Positions 61,407 to 64,000 of a stretch of DNA of 64,000 nt are shown piece after piece; position 1 is the stretch's first letter, and the number at the start of each line of letters is the position of its first letter. The notes below the pieces were generated by a model that saw nothing but the letters and a program-made list of their open reading frames with translations, had not been told where the DNA came from and searched no databases. Origin of the DNA: Dudresnaya verticillata. Its lineage: Eukaryota. The translations under genes were made by a program, and so were the position numbers. Where the stretch lies: assembly GCA_977862235.1 (NCBI GenBank), contig OZ374557.1, positions 2,108,001 to 2,172,000 on the forward strand, in the 5' to 3' direction.

Positions 61407-63496
61407 TTATGCCTCCTCCTCCACGTTTTCCGCAATGGAAACTCCTTGAGCGGCCTTGGAGAGCTCCACTGAGGGTGATCCCGTGCGTCTAGCCTAGGTG
61501 GGACCCGGATAACCTGTTGAGGAGGAGGCCCCGGGGTTACCTTGTCGATTACCTTGCATGGCTCGGGCTCTAGCTAAACCATAGAGGTTTTGCCTTCTGG
61601 AAGCAATTATGCCAGCGCGAACCGCGGGGGTTACCAATGGACATTCATAAGTGCCATATGGTCTGGGGTAGAACAGATCCAACATGCCCGGATCGGCGCA
61701 CCATCTCGGGATCCCACTGTGGATATTAAAGACGGGGATTTCATAGACTGGTTGGATAAATCTTCACCAAGTTGGAAAATATCCTCTTCATGAATGTCTT
61801 CCATGCCCGATAAACCCTCGGAGGTAGCTGTCGACGTACTCACGGAGTGAGACGGTGGTTTCTCGAAGCCAGCCGCGGCGACGGGAATTACTCCCCTTTT
61901 ACCTTTTAGGTTTGTCGTCCCACGTGTACTTCTATGAGCTTCCCCAAGGTCTTGTGCATATTATGTGATCTGCGTATAGGACAAATGCTTTGAAAAAGCC
62001 AACCGGTTACGAACCGGTGCACGGATACTCGGGAGGAGTCCATCAACGAAGATCGCCTTGAGGCGGTGTTCTGTAAACACCGACCCGCAACGGCGAGCTC
62101 TGGCTCTTACTAACTCTGCGAAGTCCCGTTCCGTTTTTCCTTCTGCTTGTCGCAACGAGATTACGTCAGCATAGGCTAGCGCAATAACCTCATCGGTGGC
62201 ATAAGTTTCCAAAAGGTAATTAACCACTTCGGGATACGTTGTCAACAAATCTTTCTCATCTTCGGAGTCCACAACCATACTGGTTCTTGTCTGTAGCCTC
62301 GCCTGAAGGTTGTCCCTTGCGGTGCCTGTCATAAAGTATTGTAGTAACCAAACGGCAGCTCCCTCATGGACATCATTGTGATTACAGGCATCCTTGAACC
62401 TTGCAAGGAAACCTAAGATGTTAATCGGGTCTACACCCGAAAGCCGAGAGGGTGACATCTGAATAGCCATCCTCTTATAGTAGGTATTTACTTTCCGAGA
62501 GATTCTCGAAGAGTAAAGCCTTGAGCGGTTGTCTAATCGGTAACTTTGAAAGCTAACCACTCTGGTAAATAGGTCGTTGAGGGGTTTAATCCTCCTCACC
62601 CTTGTGGACTTAGACGTCGACCGGCGGCGACGCCGTCGGTCATCATCGGATGAATCATCCGAACTTGAACCATCTGAGGTAACTGACGATGAGTCAGACT
62701 CAGATGAGTAATGTTTCTTCTTGTTTTTCTTTTGTTTGTCCTTCTTCTTCTTCTTTTTAGAATTCTTGGACTTCGATCCATGTCGGTTACTCTTACCACC
62801 TTCGGAGTCCGACAAGCCCCCTTCGGGTTTCTTGTTTGTATCACCAGTTTCGGTTGGAAGAACGATGCCAGGAGGGACGACATCATCCTCCTTATTTTCC
62901 ACTTTGGTTTCCCCTGTGGGTATAGACTTTGGTCCAGTTGAAGGGTCCGCTGCTTGCCCATAGGCCTCGAGAGACTGAGCGACCAACGGGGGAACCATTT
63001 TGGTAAGCATCCCATAGATTGGGCTACTGTCCGGCTGGGTGGTCCATAACTGGACTACCTTGTCAGTAGCCGTGGCGGCGAACTCCAAGAGTGTCCTTGG
63101 ACCTTGTTCTTCTAGAAAGTGTCCCACTAGTGGTTCAACCGTTCGAGGTAACCGAAGGGTCAACTCACCATGTAGCCAGTTGATCAGACGGGGCATCAGA
63201 TCAGTATTGACCCAATGGTTTTTACGGTCGGAATGTAGCGGGGGTTGCCTTGCGACTTCTTTCGAAGGACCTGCTAAGGGTTTACCTGTTACGGGATTGG
63301 TGGATGCTTGACCAGGCGGTTCCTCTTGTTCTACTCCAGGAGTTCTCGGAGGGTGGAGCAAAGACTCCGGGTCCTCAACTGGGGGGGACCAATGGGGTCT
63401 GCTCCGCCTTCTGACCACGACGGGAACTACTTTGAGAGTGAGTTGACATCTTGGAGTAACAGGGGCCTTGGTGGGTTGATTTTCTTCAGTATCCAA
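61407..63496 (-). pseudogene. gag: gag of E4
   Basis: SFQSYRLDN, DPINILGFL, FVDGLLP, frameshifted knuckle CWICSTPDH..YEC; K-rich and S/D-rich tracts; stops at 61961 and 61494. Confidence 0.87.
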
Positions 63497-63544
63497 TTGC
63501 GTTACGATGTTCGTCGTCCTCTTAACGGCTCACCAACCTTGAAG

Positions 63545-63562
63545 TTCTAGGTCGGGAGACCA
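63545..63562 (-). other. Primer-binding site of E4 (probably tRNA-Tyr)
   Basis: Reverse complement is TGGTCTCCCGACCTAGAA, 2 nt from the LTR end; identical to the E3 PBS. Confidence 0.87.
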
Positions 63563-63564
63563 GA

Positions 63565-64000
63565 TGTAAGGAAGTGCCTTTTAGGTCTCTTGTGAACTCA
63601 AAGAGTGCACTCAATGAGAAAGCCACAGAGCGGGTACCTGGTAGCGGTGGTAGAGCGGGAGGAACCCAGAGGGTAGACGAGGGCACGTAACCTGATTGGA
63701 AGCACGATACTGAAGGTAGTTCACTGGGCGGGTGGTTAACCGGGCACGGGTGACAAGTGTGCTGCGGTGCCGGTAGCTTGGAGACGTAGTTGGGGCCGGA
63801 ATGTGCTTACCTTTACTGTTCAGTGACCGCTACGGGAGATACCCTTATATGGTACTCCGACTGTCAGGCAGCACCCCTCATACTGGGCTATATACACGCC
63901 CCCTATCCTAAGCTATAATTTCTAAAATAAATAGGCAGATACTAAGCTACTGACCTGCAGGGTGACACTTGGACCAATCATAGACTACCCATCTTGTCCC
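63565..64000 (-). repeat. 5' LTR of E4 (partial)
   Basis: Direct repeat of 54198-54633. Confidence 0.97.

Larger units (their letters stand above)
54198..64000 (-). mobile_element. Ty3/gypsy chromovirus-like element E4, near full length (5' LTR runs off the window)
   Basis: Two LTRs with 3 differences seen over 436 bp, PBS, gag, pol with chromodomain, antisense ORF, PPT. Confidence 0.96.

Noticed and set aside
13072..63496. Alternative genetic code (TAA/TAG read as Gln), suggested by many isolated in-frame TAR codons
   Set aside because: The host Hint gene and other long ORFs use CAA/CAG throughout with no internal TAR and end in TAA; the stops are confined to decaying TEs that also have frameshifts

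Overview
Eukaryotic, transposon-dense window, most likely from a red alga (inferred from an intronless secreted hedgehog-type Hint gene plus chromodomain-bearing Ty3/gypsy elements). The only clear host gene encodes a secreted Cys-rich protein with a C-terminal Hint domain (9785-11788). There are four Ty3/gypsy LTR retrotransposons: E1 1-8129 (+), E2 23638-34714 (-), E3 34715-45076 (+) and E4 54198->64000 (-). There is a complete 10.35-kb Mutator-like element (12493-22843; ~200-bp TIRs, 9-bp TSD CAATTGTCG) carrying a Ulp1-type protease, a MULE/SWIM transposase and a convergent accessory gene. A degenerate KDZ-type transposase is followed by a palindrome/hairpin patchwork and a PIF1-like helicase pseudogene, and then a probable CACTA-like terminus. 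The most striking signal is that all four LTR elements carry a long antisense ORF between pol and the 3' LTR. These proteins are clearly homologous pairwise (E1/E3, E2/E4) and probably across all four, and I cannot assign them to a known family. All alignments were made by eye; no searches were run.
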